The translations under genes and the position numbers were made by a program. Source: Phycisphaerae bacterium (GTDB taxonomy: Bacteria; Planctomycetota; Phycisphaerae; UBA1845; Fen-1342). From it: a stretch of 64,000 bases of DNA. The stretch spans positions 32,001 through 96,000 of the forward strand of contig JASFQK010000013.1 of assembly GCA_050115495.1 (NCBI GenBank), read 5' to 3'. The notes below the pieces were generated by a model. That model saw only the letters and a list, made by a program, of their open reading frames with translations, did not search any database and was not told the origin of the DNA. Position 1 is the first letter of the stretch. Each line of letters begins with the position of its first letter. Shown in pieces: positions 1-9,905 of this stretch.

Positions 1-234
1 CCGGGCGGAGAATACGACCGAGCCCAGGCGTGGCTCCGTGATCCGGTGCCGCGCACTCTGCCATACGATGATGCCGACAATCGGCATGGCCAGCATGGGG
101 ATCAGCACGCCGCAGGACCACCCGACGCCGATGAGGACGATCGTCGTCCCGGCCACGATGTCCAGCAGTCCATCCTGCCAGAAGGCGCGGAAGATGCGTT
201 TCTCTGTTGCGGCGAGGTTCGGTCCTCTGAACAT
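1..234 (-). CDS. Membrane protein, runs off the window start (5' part only)
   Basis: Manual translation from ATG at 234: MFRGPNLAATEKRIFRAFWQDGLLDIVAGTTIVLIGVGW...ITEPRLGSVVFSAR; two hydrophobic stretches; AGGAGG RBS just upstream. Confidence 0.75.
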   Translation of the reverse strand, partial: MFRGPNLAATEKRIFRAFWQDGLLDIVAGTTIVLIGVGWSCGVLIPMLAMPIVGIIVWQSARHRITEPRLGSVVFSAR

Positions 235-323
235 GACCACCTCCTGCACCTGCCGGCCGAGCCTTCTCCGTCTCAGTCGGAGCCGCTGCGGCAGGTGTGC
301 GTCGCAGGTTAGTCTGTGTCGCA

Positions 324-352
324 AATATATCATCGGTGCAAACCGGCGTCAA
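324..352 (-). promoter_or_regulatory. sigma70-like promoter TTGACG-N17-TATATT for the gene at 234
   Basis: Consensus-like hexamers with 17-nt spacer in an AT-rich patch. Confidence 0.55.
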
Positions 353-447
353 CTTGTTTCTTCTGTGGGATTCTGTATCCGTTACGGGCCCGGTTGCTGC
401 GGGGGTGGCGGGGCGTCGGCGACGAGGTTTCGGATCGGGCCGGCGGC

Positions 448-1311
448 CTATTGCCAACAGCGGGCGTGGTCGGCGGCGAATTGCTCGAAGCGATTCGCCG
501 GTCGGCTGAGAAGCTGTGCGGCGTCCGCGCTAACCGGCTCGCAGGCGCCCATGCGCACGAGGCGATACATCGCCAGGAGCCGCTCGATGTGGCGGTCGGT
601 GAAGCCCGCCGAGCGGAGCACGTTACGCGTCGTGTCATCGTCGATCGGCAGGTATTGGACGTCGTGCCCGATCGCGCGGGTGATGGCGGCGGCCACCTCG
701 TGATAGTCGATCGCCTCGGGGCCGGTCAGCGTGTAGGAGCGGTTCTGGTGCGATGGCGCGTCGAGCAGCACACGGGCGGCGACGGCGGCGACGTCCCGGG
801 CGTCGATGAACGAGAGCCGGGCGTCCGCCGCGGGCAGGGCAATACGACGGGCGTCTCGTATGGCCTGGCACAGCGAGCCGGTGGAGTGGACCTGCATGAA
901 GAAGTTCGGGCGGAGGTGGGTAAACGGAATTCCCGACGTCTCGATCAACAGCTCGACCTTGCGCAGCGAGAAATCGGGCCGCTCCGGCGTGCCCATCGCC
1001 GAGAGGTGCACGACGTGCTGCACACCCGCGGATCGCATGGCCTCGATGAAGGGACCGGCGAACTTGTCGGCGTCGTCGTCCCCGGGAAGCGAGATCATGA
1101 AAACGCGGTCGATGCCGTCGAGTGCGCCAGCGGAGCTCTCCGGTCGTTCGAGGTCGAATTCGACCCAATGCGCCGCGGTACCGACGATGTCCATGGCCCG
1201 CCGCGGATCACGCGTGGCGCCGCGCACGGCGACATCGTGCACGCTCAGTTCGCCCAATAGCAGACGGCCAACTGTCCCGGTCGCACCCAGCACGAGTGTT
1301 CTGTTCGTCAC
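448..1311 (-). CDS. NmrA-like / atypical SDR NAD(P)-binding oxidoreductase
   Basis: N-terminal GATGTVG Rossmann motif, LRPNFFMQ, FIDARDVA, YTLTGPE. Confidence 0.9.
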   Translation of the reverse strand: MTNRTLVLGATGTVGRLLLGELSVHDVAVRGATRDPRRAMDIVGTAAHWVEFDLERPESSAGALDGIDRVFMISLPGDDDADKFAGPFIEAMRSAGVQHVVHLSAMGTPERPDFSLRKVELLIETSGIPFTHLRPNFFMQVHSTGSLCQAIRDARRIALPAADARLSFIDARDVAAVAARVLLDAPSHQNRSYTLTGPEAIDYHEVAAAITRAIGHDVQYLPIDDDTTRNVLRSAGFTDRHIERLLAMYRLVRMGACEPVSADAAQLLSRPANRFEQFAADHARCWQ

Positions 1312-1333
1312 GTCCGTTCCTCTCGCAAGGCGT

Positions 1334-1957
1334 CTAGTCGGCGGACGCCTCGAACACCGCCCGCAGTCCGGTCAGGTGATACCGAGTGAGCATCGCCAGC
1401 GCTTCGCGAATGTCCCGCTCGCGTCTGAACTTCAGGAGGATCGCCGACGCCGCCCGAATGAAATTGCGGTACGTCAGGTCGAGGCACACGCGGTGCGCCC
1501 GGGTGAGCACCAACTCCGGTGAGACTGAACGGAAATGCTCCAGCGCCAGTGACTTTAGCAGGCTGACCACCTTCTCCGGCACATCCGCCAGCGGGCTACC
1601 CGCGACACCGCTGGTCAGGATGATCATGCGCAGCCGATTGCGGGCGGAGAAGTCGAGCAACTCGGCGGAGATGCGCTGGTATGCCGCGCCCGCCGGCAAC
1701 GAGCGGATGTCGTCCACACCGTCCAGGGCGCGGACCTTCCTCGTCATCAGGTCGAACAGCTCGCGCACGAACGAATCCGGCACCACTTCGGCGAGCAGGT
1801 CTTCCTTGCTCCGAAAGTACCGATAGAGATTGCCGGTCGCGATGCCCGCCTCTGCCGCGATTTCAGCGATCGTGGCCTTCTGGTAGCCATGCCGGGCAAA
1901 CAGCCGGAGGGCGGCGGCGACGATTCGCTCGCGGATCTCATCCTTCAGCCGCTGCAC
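1334..1957 (-). CDS. TetR/AcrR family transcriptional regulator
   Basis: IVAAALRLFARHGYQKATIAEIAAEAGIATGNLYRYFRSKEDL HTH. Confidence 0.92.
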   Translation of the reverse strand: MQRLKDEIRERIVAAALRLFARHGYQKATIAEIAAEAGIATGNLYRYFRSKEDLLAEVVPDSFVRELFDLMTRKVRALDGVDDIRSLPAGAAYQRISAELLDFSARNRLRMIILTSGVAGSPLADVPEKVVSLLKSLALEHFRSVSPELVLTRAHRVCLDLTYRNFIRAASAILLKFRRERDIREALAMLTRYHLTGLRAVFEASAD

Positions 1958-1983
1958 CGCCGAGTTCCTCCGCCCCGCTCAAT

Positions 1984-2002
1984 AGCGAATTTATCATTCA
2001 CT
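1984..2002. promoter_or_regulatory. Candidate TetR operator (imperfect inverted repeat AGCGAAT-N5-ATTCACT)
   Basis: AT-rich inverted repeat about 27 bp upstream of the TetR start. Confidence 0.4.
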
Positions 2003-2169
2003 TTTGGAGACGATATCGCCTGCGGGCCGGGTCGTCAAGGGATTTCCCCTTCCGACGGGGCCCGGCCCGCGTCGCCTCGACCGCGCTTACCCGGCTGAAC
2101 TCGATCGAAATCGCCCTGTTGATTCTCGCGGCCTACTTCCACGATCAGGGCACGATTGTAGGCGCGTCG

Positions 2170-2338
2170 CTGATCCCGCTGACCGAGCCGGAGGTCCGGC
2201 GACTGCTGTTGACGATCATCTGGCCGCGGCTGACGAACATCGAACGGGCGCTTGTGTGGAGCGACTGGCGCCGCCACCACCAAGCTCTCGCCCGCGCAGC
2301 CCACTATCGCAGAAGAACCGATGCGCAGCTGTAGTACT
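2170..2338 (+). mobile_element. IS701-family transposase 3' remnant with right end
   Basis: LIPLTEPEVRRLL...WSDWRRHHQALARAAHYRRR resembles the IS701 C-terminal tail; ends in CTGTAGTACT; no catalytic domain. Confidence 0.7.
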
Positions 2339-2352
2339 CGGCGCGATCCGGT

Positions 2353-4151
2353 CTACGGCGCGAGTACGCGATACAGCTCGAAGGGCGCGGAGCCGTCCGT
2401 CTGGAGCGGCGAGCGGGCGACCGGCAGGAACCAGCCGGGGTGCAACTCCTGCAATTGCGCGAACGCGTTGGCGTATGGCAGCCGGTCGAGGGTGCGCAGC
2501 GGCACGACGTGCGTCGCGCCACTCTCACGCAGGAAGTCGAGCAGCCGGGCGCGCGTGAACAGCTCGATCGTGCGAAACCTGCCCGCCCACTCGCCGCGCC
2601 CACAGGCCCAGACTGGGCGCTCCGGGCCGTACGACGTGCGAATCTGCGTCGCGCCGTCAGTCGGCAACTGCGGCACGCACTTGCGACCCGTGCGCAGGTA
2701 CAGATACGAGTAGTGCGCGTTGCTGACGATGGCGTCGGGCGGCGTGTGGTCGCGGAGCAGCGCGACGATCGCCTCCTGCTGCGCGATCATGTGCTCGAAC
2801 TTGCGCTTGACGTCGCGGGCGCCGAGCGTGAACGGGCCGAGCGCAAGCAGTGCGAGCCCGGCGCCGACGAACGTTGTGAGTACGCGCGCGGTCGCGTGCC
2901 CCTCGCGCCGGCCGAAGCGCGCGAGGCGCGGGGCGTCGCCGGCTGAGCGGTGCTTCGGCCAACCGCCGAGCAGCGTCGCCAGTGCGACGTACAGACCCGC
3001 CAGCAGCCAACCGAATAGCAGCGGCGCCAGCACGACGAGGAACCGCAGCGGTTCGAACGGCCACGGCAGGATCAGCGCCAGATAGGCGGCGGCGTACAGA
3101 TGCGCGGCGGCGCCGCCGCGGCGCCAGGTGACGAGCGTGCCGAGCAGCATCACGCCGGCGATGAGCCCCGCCGGGACCAGCACGAGCGCTGTGCCGACCG
3201 GGACACGCTGCAACAGGCCGACGAGGGCGCCCTCGTTGACCGGCACGAGGATCAGCGCCAAGCTGAGCAGCAGATCGGGCGCGTTGACCCACGCAACCCA
3301 CAGGTGCGTCGTCCACGACGCGAGCCACGCCGAGTAATCCAGGTCATAGACGAGGGCGGCGTTCAGCGGATTGCACGCGTTGCGGGCCGCGGCCCACGTA
3401 CGCCAGGCCTGCCAGCCCGCGGCAGCGCACAGGAATCCGCCCAGGGCCGCCAACGTCAGGCCCCAGCGTCGCTTCAGGAGCAGCGCGAGCAGCAGCCCTC
3501 CGACGAGCGCGATCGCGACCGAGCGTGTGAGTACGGCGCCGCCCAGCAGCAAGGCCAGCAGGGCGATGTGCCACAGGCCGGTGCGACAGACCCGCGGCGC
3601 GGGGGCGTCGGGCTTCGCGGCGGACCGTGGCGCGGCACTCTGCGCGGCCAGCCACAGCGCGGGCATTGAGAGCGCCACGTACAGCGGCTCGGACATCGCC
3701 GTGCCGAGCACGCCGAGCGTCGCGAACGAGACGAAGCCCAGGACCACAGCCAGCAGGGCGAGCGGGCGCGGGAGGCGCCACGCGTCGCGCATCAGCCGGT
3801 ATGCGAACCAGGAACCGACGGTCCAGAGCGTGACGTTCAGCCAGCGCACGAGCACGATGTTCTGCGGGAAGCGCGCGTCGGCGCGCCAGATCAGCGATAG
3901 CAGGGCCGGATAGAGAACCGGGTACTTCGTCTGGTGCGGTTCGGCGGGAAACTGCATCAGGCGGTAGCCGTGGCGGCGAGGGCCCGGCCGGTCACCAGGT
4001 ACGCCGTGTCGTCCATCCACAGGCCCGCGATGCGCGGCGCCGCGTGTAGCAGCGCGCCGACGCCGACCGCCACGAGCGCGAGCATCGCCAGCGCGGTCCA
4101 ATCCGGCCGCGGGGCGGGCGAGGGAGGGATGTTACCTGGCGTGCTCGACAA
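2353..4151 (-). pseudogene. GT-C fold (ArnT/PMT-like) membrane glycosyltransferase, frameshifted near 3970
   Basis: TM plus WMDDTAYLVTGRALAA in ORF 3957-4151 continues in another frame as HGYRLMQFPAEPHQTKYPVLYP; many TM helices; MSEPLY motif. Confidence 0.7.
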
Positions 4152-4295
4152 TGCGGGAGTCCACGTCGCGTCGCCCAGACTGGCCGCCGCGGATCACGCG
4201 GGCATCATAGCGGCGCGGCCGCGGGCCAACAGGAAACCCCGGCGGCCTTGCGGCCGCCGGGGGTGTTTGGGCAAAGCGATACCAAGGCGATGAAA

Positions 4296-5048
4296 CTACC
4301 GACGGCGAATCAGCAGCCCCGCCATGCCGAGCAGCAGGAGGCTGCCCGGTTCGGGCGTCACGCCGATGGCAAATGAGAGCATGTTGTACGTCGCCGTCGA
4401 GAACGAGTACCAGCCCGGGCCGTTCGGGAACACGGTGGAGTCCGTGCCACTCCAGTACCATTCGTCGCGGTCGCTGGAGCCGATGTTCGGGGGATAGCGG
4501 GTCAGCGCGCCGACTCCGACCGCATTCCCCTCGTAGGCCGTGATCTGCTCGGTCACGAAGAGGTGGTCGTGGCCCGTGAGGTCGATCGTGAAGGCCTGGT
4601 CGATGTCGCTTAACGTGACGCGAGCGGTGTGGCCGCCCAAAACCGCCCCCGTGGTCGCCAGGCTGAAGCCGCCAATGTAGTCGCGGTTGTTGTAATCGTA
4701 GAAGTTGATATCGAAGGTGCAGTTGGCGATGACCTGGTTAAACATGGGGGAGGGGTTGCAGACGAAGAAGCTGAACGAGCGCAGCACACCCGTCCCTTCG
4801 GTCCGCACTTCGTCGCCCCAAAGGGACGTCACATCGTACGAGTTGACCGAGGCCACAGGCACGCCGTCGTCGCCGGTCATATTGTTGTTGTCGTAGATCC
4901 ACACGGGGTCGGCGCGCGTCCCATCGCCGGCGGCGAGCGACACATTCCACTCGTCCACGTTGTCGTACGACGGCGACAAGACGTCGCCGAACGCGAGCGC
5001 CGGCAGCATCAGTGCGGCGACTGCCAGAATCCCAGTGATCCTTCTCAT
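4296..5048 (-). CDS. PEP-CTERM sorting domain protein (copy 1)
   Basis: Signal peptide; C-terminal TPEPGSLLLLGMAGLLIRRR; GGAGG RBS. Confidence 0.9.
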   Translation of the reverse strand: MRRITGILAVAALMLPALAFGDVLSPSYDNVDEWNVSLAAGDGTRADPVWIYDNNNMTGDDGVPVASVNSYDVTSLWGDEVRTEGTGVLRSFSFFVCNPSPMFNQVIANCTFDINFYDYNNRDYIGGFSLATTGAVLGGHTARVTLSDIDQAFTIDLTGHDHLFVTEQITAYEGNAVGVGALTRYPPNIGSSDRDEWYWSGTDSTVFPNGPGWYSFSTATYNMLSFAIGVTPEPGSLLLLGMAGLLIRRR

Positions 5049-5189
5049 CTTCGTCCTCCTCTACTCCTTAGAAGACGTGCGCACGGGTCAAAGTGCAGGA
5101 ACGCTCTGCATTCGGCTCTGAACCACTGCCTCGCACGTACCTACCTACTCGGCGCGCGGCCGACGGCCGCACTGCGCGAACCGAATCTC

Positions 5190-5218
5190 AGCATAGCAGC
5201 GGGCGCATTACTTGTCAA
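5190..5218 (-). promoter_or_regulatory. sigma70 promoter TTGACA-N17-TATGCT of PEP-CTERM copy 1
   Basis: Near-consensus hexamers; conserved in copy 2. Confidence 0.75.
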
Positions 5219-5278
5219 TATAATTCTCATTGAGCGTTGAAAGAGCATTTGCTTCTGCCTTGTTGAGAGTCTCGCAGG

Positions 5279-5332
5279 GAAAAGGGGACATTCAACGTTT
5301 TTGCTGAAGACAAAGTAGGATGTCCTCATTTC
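5279..5332. repeat. REP-like imperfect inverted repeat (GGGGACATTCAAC...GTAGGATGTCC)
   Basis: AT-rich palindromic segment between the two duplication units. Confidence 0.5.
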
Positions 5333-5632
5333 TTTGCGGTGTCGTCCATCCACAGGCCCGCGATGCGCGGCGCTGCGTGCAGCAGCGTGCCGACGCAAAC
5401 CGCCACGAGCGCGAGTATCGCCAGCGCGGTCCAAGCCGGCCGCGGGGCGGGCTAGGGGGTGATGTTACCTGGCGTGCTCGACAATGCGGGAGTCCACGTC
5501 GCGTCGCCCAGACTGGCCGCCGCCGGGGATCACGCGGGTATCATAGCGGCGCGGCCGCGGGCCAACAGGAAACCCCGGCGGCCTTGCGGCCGCCGGGGGT
5601 GTGTGGGCAAAGCGCACAGTAAGGCGATGAAA

Positions 5633-6400
5633 CTACCGACGGCGAATCAGCAGACCCGCCATGCCGAGCAGCAGGAGGCTGCCCGGCTCGGGCGTCACGC
5701 CGATGGCAAACCCGAGCATGTTGTACGTTGCCGTCGAGAACGAGTACCAGCCCGGGCCGTCCGGGAACACGGTGGAGTCCGTGCCACTCCAGTACCACTC
5801 GTCCCGGTCGCTGGAGCCGATGTTCGGGGGATAGAAGGTCAGCGCGGCGACTCCGGCCGGATTATTCCCCTCGTAGGACGTGATCTGCCAAGTCACGAAG
5901 AGGTGATCGTGGGACGTGAGGTCGACCGTGAAGGTCTGGTCGATGTCGCTGATCGTGGCGCGACCGGCTTGGCCGCCCAAAATCGCCCACCCGGTCTCCT
6001 GGCTGAAGCCGCCAATGTAGTCACGGCTGTCGTAATCGTAGAAGTTAATTTCGAAGGTCGGGTTGGCGATGACTTGGTTGAGTTGGGGGGAGGGGTTGCC
6101 GATGTGGAAGCTGAACGAGCGCAGCACACCCGTCCCTTCGGTCCACACTTCGTCGCCCCAAAGGGACTTCACGTCGTACGACGCAATCGTACCCATCCAC
6201 GAGCCGCTGCTGCCGCAGGAATTGTTGTTGTCGTAGATCCACGCGGGCTCGGCGCGCGTCCCGCCGCCGGAAGCGGCCGACACATTCCACTCTTCGAACG
6301 TGTCGAGGTCGTACGACAGCGTCGCGACGTCGCCGAACGCGAGCGCCGGCAGCATCAGTGCGGCGACTGCCAGAATCCCAGTGATCCTTCTCATCTTCAT
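5633..6400 (-). CDS. PEP-CTERM sorting domain protein (copy 2)
   Basis: Paralogue of 4296-5048 with the same C-terminal PEP tail. Confidence 0.9.
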   Translation of the reverse strand: MKMRRITGILAVAALMLPALAFGDVATLSYDLDTFEEWNVSAASGGGTRAEPAWIYDNNNSCGSSGSWMGTIASYDVKSLWGDEVWTEGTGVLRSFSFHIGNPSPQLNQVIANPTFEINFYDYDSRDYIGGFSQETGWAILGGQAGRATISDIDQTFTVDLTSHDHLFVTWQITSYEGNNPAGVAALTFYPPNIGSSDRDEWYWSGTDSTVFPDGPGWYSFSTATYNMLGFAIGVTPEPGSLLLLGMAGLLIRRR

Positions 6401-6535
6401 CCTCCTCTACTCCTTAGAAGACGTGCGCACGGGTCAAAGTGCAGGAACGCTCTGCATTCGGCTCTGAACCACTGCCTTGCACGTCCCTACCTACTCGGCA
6501 CGCGGCCGACGGCCGCGCCGCACAAGCCGAATTTC

Positions 6536-6564
6536 AGCATAGCAGCGTGCGCATTGCTCGTCAA
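6536..6564 (-). promoter_or_regulatory. sigma70 promoter TTGACG-N17-TATGCT of PEP-CTERM copy 2
   Basis: Matches the copy 1 promoter. Confidence 0.7.
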
Positions 6565-6635
6565 GATAATTCTCATTGAGCTTTGAAAGATCATTTACTC
6601 TTGCTTTGTTGAGCGCCCCGGTTATATTGGAATGG

Positions 6636-7877
6636 ATGCGTCGATTTGTAGACAGGCCGAGTTTGGCGGTTGGTGCGTCGCCAAGCATCGAAAAAACGAT
6701 TAGTCTCGTCGGCAAGAGGCTCACGGGGGCTATTCGCGCGGTGCTTGACGCCATCCCCGGCTACCCGTGCGGTCCACAGGAGTTGGCACGCACCCTCGGC
6801 ATCAACAAAGACCTATCCGGGCGTGCGCTGAATGCGTCTGATAAAAAAGACCCTCTTGCCGCCTTGCATCAGATGCCCGGACCAGCACCGCTTCGACAGC
6901 TCCTGAACGCCGCTCTGCGGAAAGGGGTCGCCAAGAGACTGATCGATGAGGCGGCGGAGGCGGTGCGACAATTCGATCTGCTGATTCGGCAACAGGCTGG
7001 CGACCGCGTGTCGCTCGATGGCATTATCAGCACATGGCTACCCGGCGCCCGCGAAAGATTCGAGATGTTCAACAAACAAGCCGTCCACCGCGGGATGGGG
7101 CAACTCAAGGGGGTGATGGCCGACGTGACGATCCAGACCGCGCTGCTGTACCCAGCGGCCGATGGCGAGCGTGTGGACGGCGTCTGGATTGCCGGCTCTG
7201 TGGGATTGCGGCGGATTCGCCCGACGGTGGTCGTGCATTACTGCTCGCATCGCCTGGCGCCGGACGCCCCTCGGGATTGCCCGCTCACCCTTGACGGCGA
7301 GCCGGTGGTTGGGCTTCGCGGACTGCTGCTTGAAGAATTCTGCTCATCCCCTCTTCCGGTCTTCGACGCGCGTCACCAAGGCACTGCTGTGCATTACACC
7401 TTGGCTGGCGACGCGGTGGGACCGGCTTCCGCGGTCGACCTGCTCTTTGCCGAATTGACGCTTGGCTGCATGCCGCGTTATCGGGATGCTGGCCAACTGA
7501 AGAAACACGGAGCATCGGCCGAAATCACGACCCCCACCAAGACGCTCATCTTTGACGCGTTCCTACACGAGCAGGTATATCCGGGATTGCAGCCCGAACT
7601 CGTGCTCTACGACACGGCGGTCAACGGCCTCGCCGACTTGAATGACCCGACCAGAGATATCGACCGCCTCGATGTGAACGAGACCGTCGAATCGCTGGGC
7701 TGGGGCGCGGCGATGTTTCGCGTCCCGGAGGTTGGCGACTACGTCGAAATCCTCCGTCACATTTTCGGCAGGATCGGCCGGGACGATCGTGAGTTCCGCG
7801 GCTACCGTTGTAAGGTGCAGTACCCTATCTATGGTTCGCAGCTCTGCATGGCTTTCACACCACCAGAAAAACCCTGA
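6636..7877 (+). CDS. Uncharacterised ~415-aa protein with N-terminal HTH-like segment (putative regulator, paralogue A); start uncertain
   Basis: PQELARTLGINKDLSGRAL...DPLAALHQMPGPAPLR; similar to 20535, 36405 and 42144. Confidence 0.8.
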   Translation: MRRFVDRPSLAVGASPSIEKTISLVGKRLTGAIRAVLDAIPGYPCGPQELARTLGINKDLSGRALNASDKKDPLAALHQMPGPAPLRQLLNAALRKGVAKRLIDEAAEAVRQFDLLIRQQAGDRVSLDGIISTWLPGARERFEMFNKQAVHRGMGQLKGVMADVTIQTALLYPAADGERVDGVWIAGSVGLRRIRPTVVVHYCSHRLAPDAPRDCPLTLDGEPVVGLRGLLLEEFCSSPLPVFDARHQGTAVHYTLAGDAVGPASAVDLLFAELTLGCMPRYRDAGQLKKHGASAEITTPTKTLIFDAFLHEQVYPGLQPELVLYDTAVNGLADLNDPTRDIDRLDVNETVESLGWGAAMFRVPEVGDYVEILRHIFGRIGRDDREFRGYRCKVQYPIYGSQLCMAFTPPEKP

Positions 7878-8077
7878 ACTCGACTCTCGCCTGTATTGCG
7901 TGAACCGATCGCCGCTCAACTACGCTGTGCCCCGCAAGCTGATGGGCACTCACCGCGCCTTTGTGCTTTGGGTGACTCCACGCTCACGAAATGGCTGTTC
8001 AGCGCGCCAGCAAACGCGGCGGGTGGAGCGAGGTCGTACCCGCCGCGTTGTGTTGCTGGTGATGTGATGGGCGGGCG

Positions 8078-9436
8078 TCAGGCCCGCATCGCGCCTCCGC
8101 CAATTCGGTCGAGCGGGAAGGGCGGTGAGGCCAGGGCCCGCACGGCCAGGGACATGAGCACCGCCTCGTTGTCGTCGCCGGCGATGCGGTTGGTCCGCAC
8201 GGCGCCGCACTGCTCGCAGCGGTGCACCAGGGTCCAATCGCCGCCGGGACGGGCCCAGATGGCGATGGGTTCCATCGCGCCGCCGCAACCGGCCGCCCGA
8301 TCGCCGGGACGAACGTCGAGGTGGACGCTCCAGAGGCATAGCGGGCAGTGATTGCGCTGCCGCGTGCCCTGGGCGTCGTAGGGGACGGGGGCGCCGCAGC
8401 GGACGCAGGCGAAGCCGCTGCCCGCGGGGGCTTCGGACGCCAAACGCTCTCCCGCGTCGCCGCCACGCCGCCGGTCATCACCCTTCGCCGCGAGCCGCAA
8501 GTAGCTCTGATATCGGCGGGGGTCGATGGTGCCGTCGGCGACGGCTGCCTTCACGGCACACCCTTTCTCGTGCGTGTGCGTGCAGTCGGCGCGGAAGCGG
8601 CAGCGGTCGAGCAGGGGGCGCATCTCGACGAAGCCGGCGGCGATGTCCCGCGCCGCCGACTCGGCGAGGCCGAACTCGCGAATGCCCGGCGTGTCGATGA
8701 GGAGGCCGCCTTCCGGCCAGGCGGTGGCGACGACCTCCGTCGTCGTGTGCCGGCCCTTGTGCGTGCGGCCGCTGATCGTCTGCGTACGCCGGGCGGTCTC
8801 GCCCGTCAGCAGGTTGGCCAGGGTGGTTTTGCCGACGCCGGACTTGCCGACGAGGACGCACGTTCGGCCGGCGAGCTGCGTTCGCAAGGCTGCGACGCTG
8901 TCGGGGTCATCCATGGCAACCAGTGCGACCGGATAGTCCAGACGCTCATAGAGTGCCGCATCACGGCGAATGGCAGCAGCAGCGGGCAGATCGGCCTTCG
9001 TCAGGCAGATCAGTGCCGGGATACCTTCCGCCTCGGCGGTGACGAGGTAACGGTCGACCAATGGCCATTTCGGCTTCGGGTCGGCGACGGCCGTCACGAT
9101 CACGAGGCGGTCGACGTTCGCCGCCAGGACCTGCTCGCCCGGCCGCGGGCCGGCGGCGCGGCGGCGCAGGGCGTTACGCCGTTGCTGTATTGCCTGCACG
9201 ACGCCGGTGTCGTCGGCGACGGCGGACAAAGCAACGAGATCGCCGACGACAGGCTGCTGCTCGGCGTGGCGCAGGCTGCCGGCCGGCGTGCAACGCAGCA
9301 CGGTGCCGGCGGCCGTGACGTCCAGATGTTCGCGCAGGCGTCGAACGACGACGCCCATCAACGTATCGGAAGGCGACGGCCGCCCGGCCGCCGCGGTAAC
9401 TTCATCAAAACCCACGGGAATACTCCGTAATGGCAA
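8078..9436 (-). CDS. rsgA: RsgA-type GTPase fused to a C-terminal RNHCP domain; start uncertain
   Basis: TKADL, GKSGVGKTT, GRHTTT, DTPG, CRFRADCTHTHEKGC; then CVRC...RNHCPLCLWSVH...CGGAMEPIA...HRCEQCG. Confidence 0.88.
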   Translation of the reverse strand: MPLRSIPVGFDEVTAAAGRPSPSDTLMGVVVRRLREHLDVTAAGTVLRCTPAGSLRHAEQQPVVGDLVALSAVADDTGVVQAIQQRRNALRRRAAGPRPGEQVLAANVDRLVIVTAVADPKPKWPLVDRYLVTAEAEGIPALICLTKADLPAAAAIRRDAALYERLDYPVALVAMDDPDSVAALRTQLAGRTCVLVGKSGVGKTTLANLLTGETARRTQTISGRTHKGRHTTTEVVATAWPEGGLLIDTPGIREFGLAESAARDIAAGFVEMRPLLDRCRFRADCTHTHEKGCAVKAAVADGTIDPRRYQSYLRLAAKGDDRRRGGDAGERLASEAPAGSGFACVRCGAPVPYDAQGTRQRNHCPLCLWSVHLDVRPGDRAAGCGGAMEPIAIWARPGGDWTLVHRCEQCGAVRTNRIAGDDNEAVLMSLAVRALASPPFPLDRIGGGAMRA

Positions 9437-9905
9437 TTCGTGCCGTTTCGGTCTCGATCGTTCAGACAGATCACAAAGCGCAGGCCACGAGCCACACGGG
9501 TCACTTTGGTTGACATCCAGTACTCCTGTTTTCGGGGGCTATGGCGCGGCGTTCGCCGCACCGGTTGGGACAAACCGCCGCCGGCGCGTCAAAACGCCGC
9601 GCCGCGGCAACGAGATCCGATAACGTTGTGATCAGGGGGATCAGTGCGCACAGCCACGGAGGGCAATGGAACGACGCGCGCGAGACAACTCAGCGCTGTC
9701 TGGGGCGGTCGTGCGGCCGTGCGAGTGTCTTAGGCAATGGTCAACATCAGTCAGTTACTCTACAGAACCCCCGTTGCGGATGCAAGGCTGAATTCGCCGC
9801 CGGCGCACGCCGTCCCGTGCCGCATGATCACGGTTCGTGTGGGTGCCGATCGAATGACGGCGAGTCGCCGAACGCCGCTTCGTGAGCGTTGATTGACGCG
9901 GGCAG

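Larger units (their letters stand above)
4006..5268. repeat. Tandem duplication unit 1 (GT 5' end + PEP-CTERM gene + promoter)
   Basis: Collinear, highly similar to 5339-6613. Confidence 0.9.
5339..6613. repeat. Tandem duplication unit 2
   Basis: Collinear with 4006-5268; carries a truncated 5' end of the GT gene. Confidence 0.9.

Noticed and set aside
5049..5185. Known riboswitch in the PEP-CTERM leaders
   Set aside because: No recognisable c-di-GMP, cobalamin, TPP or SAM consensus by eye; an Rfam scan is needed to exclude it fully
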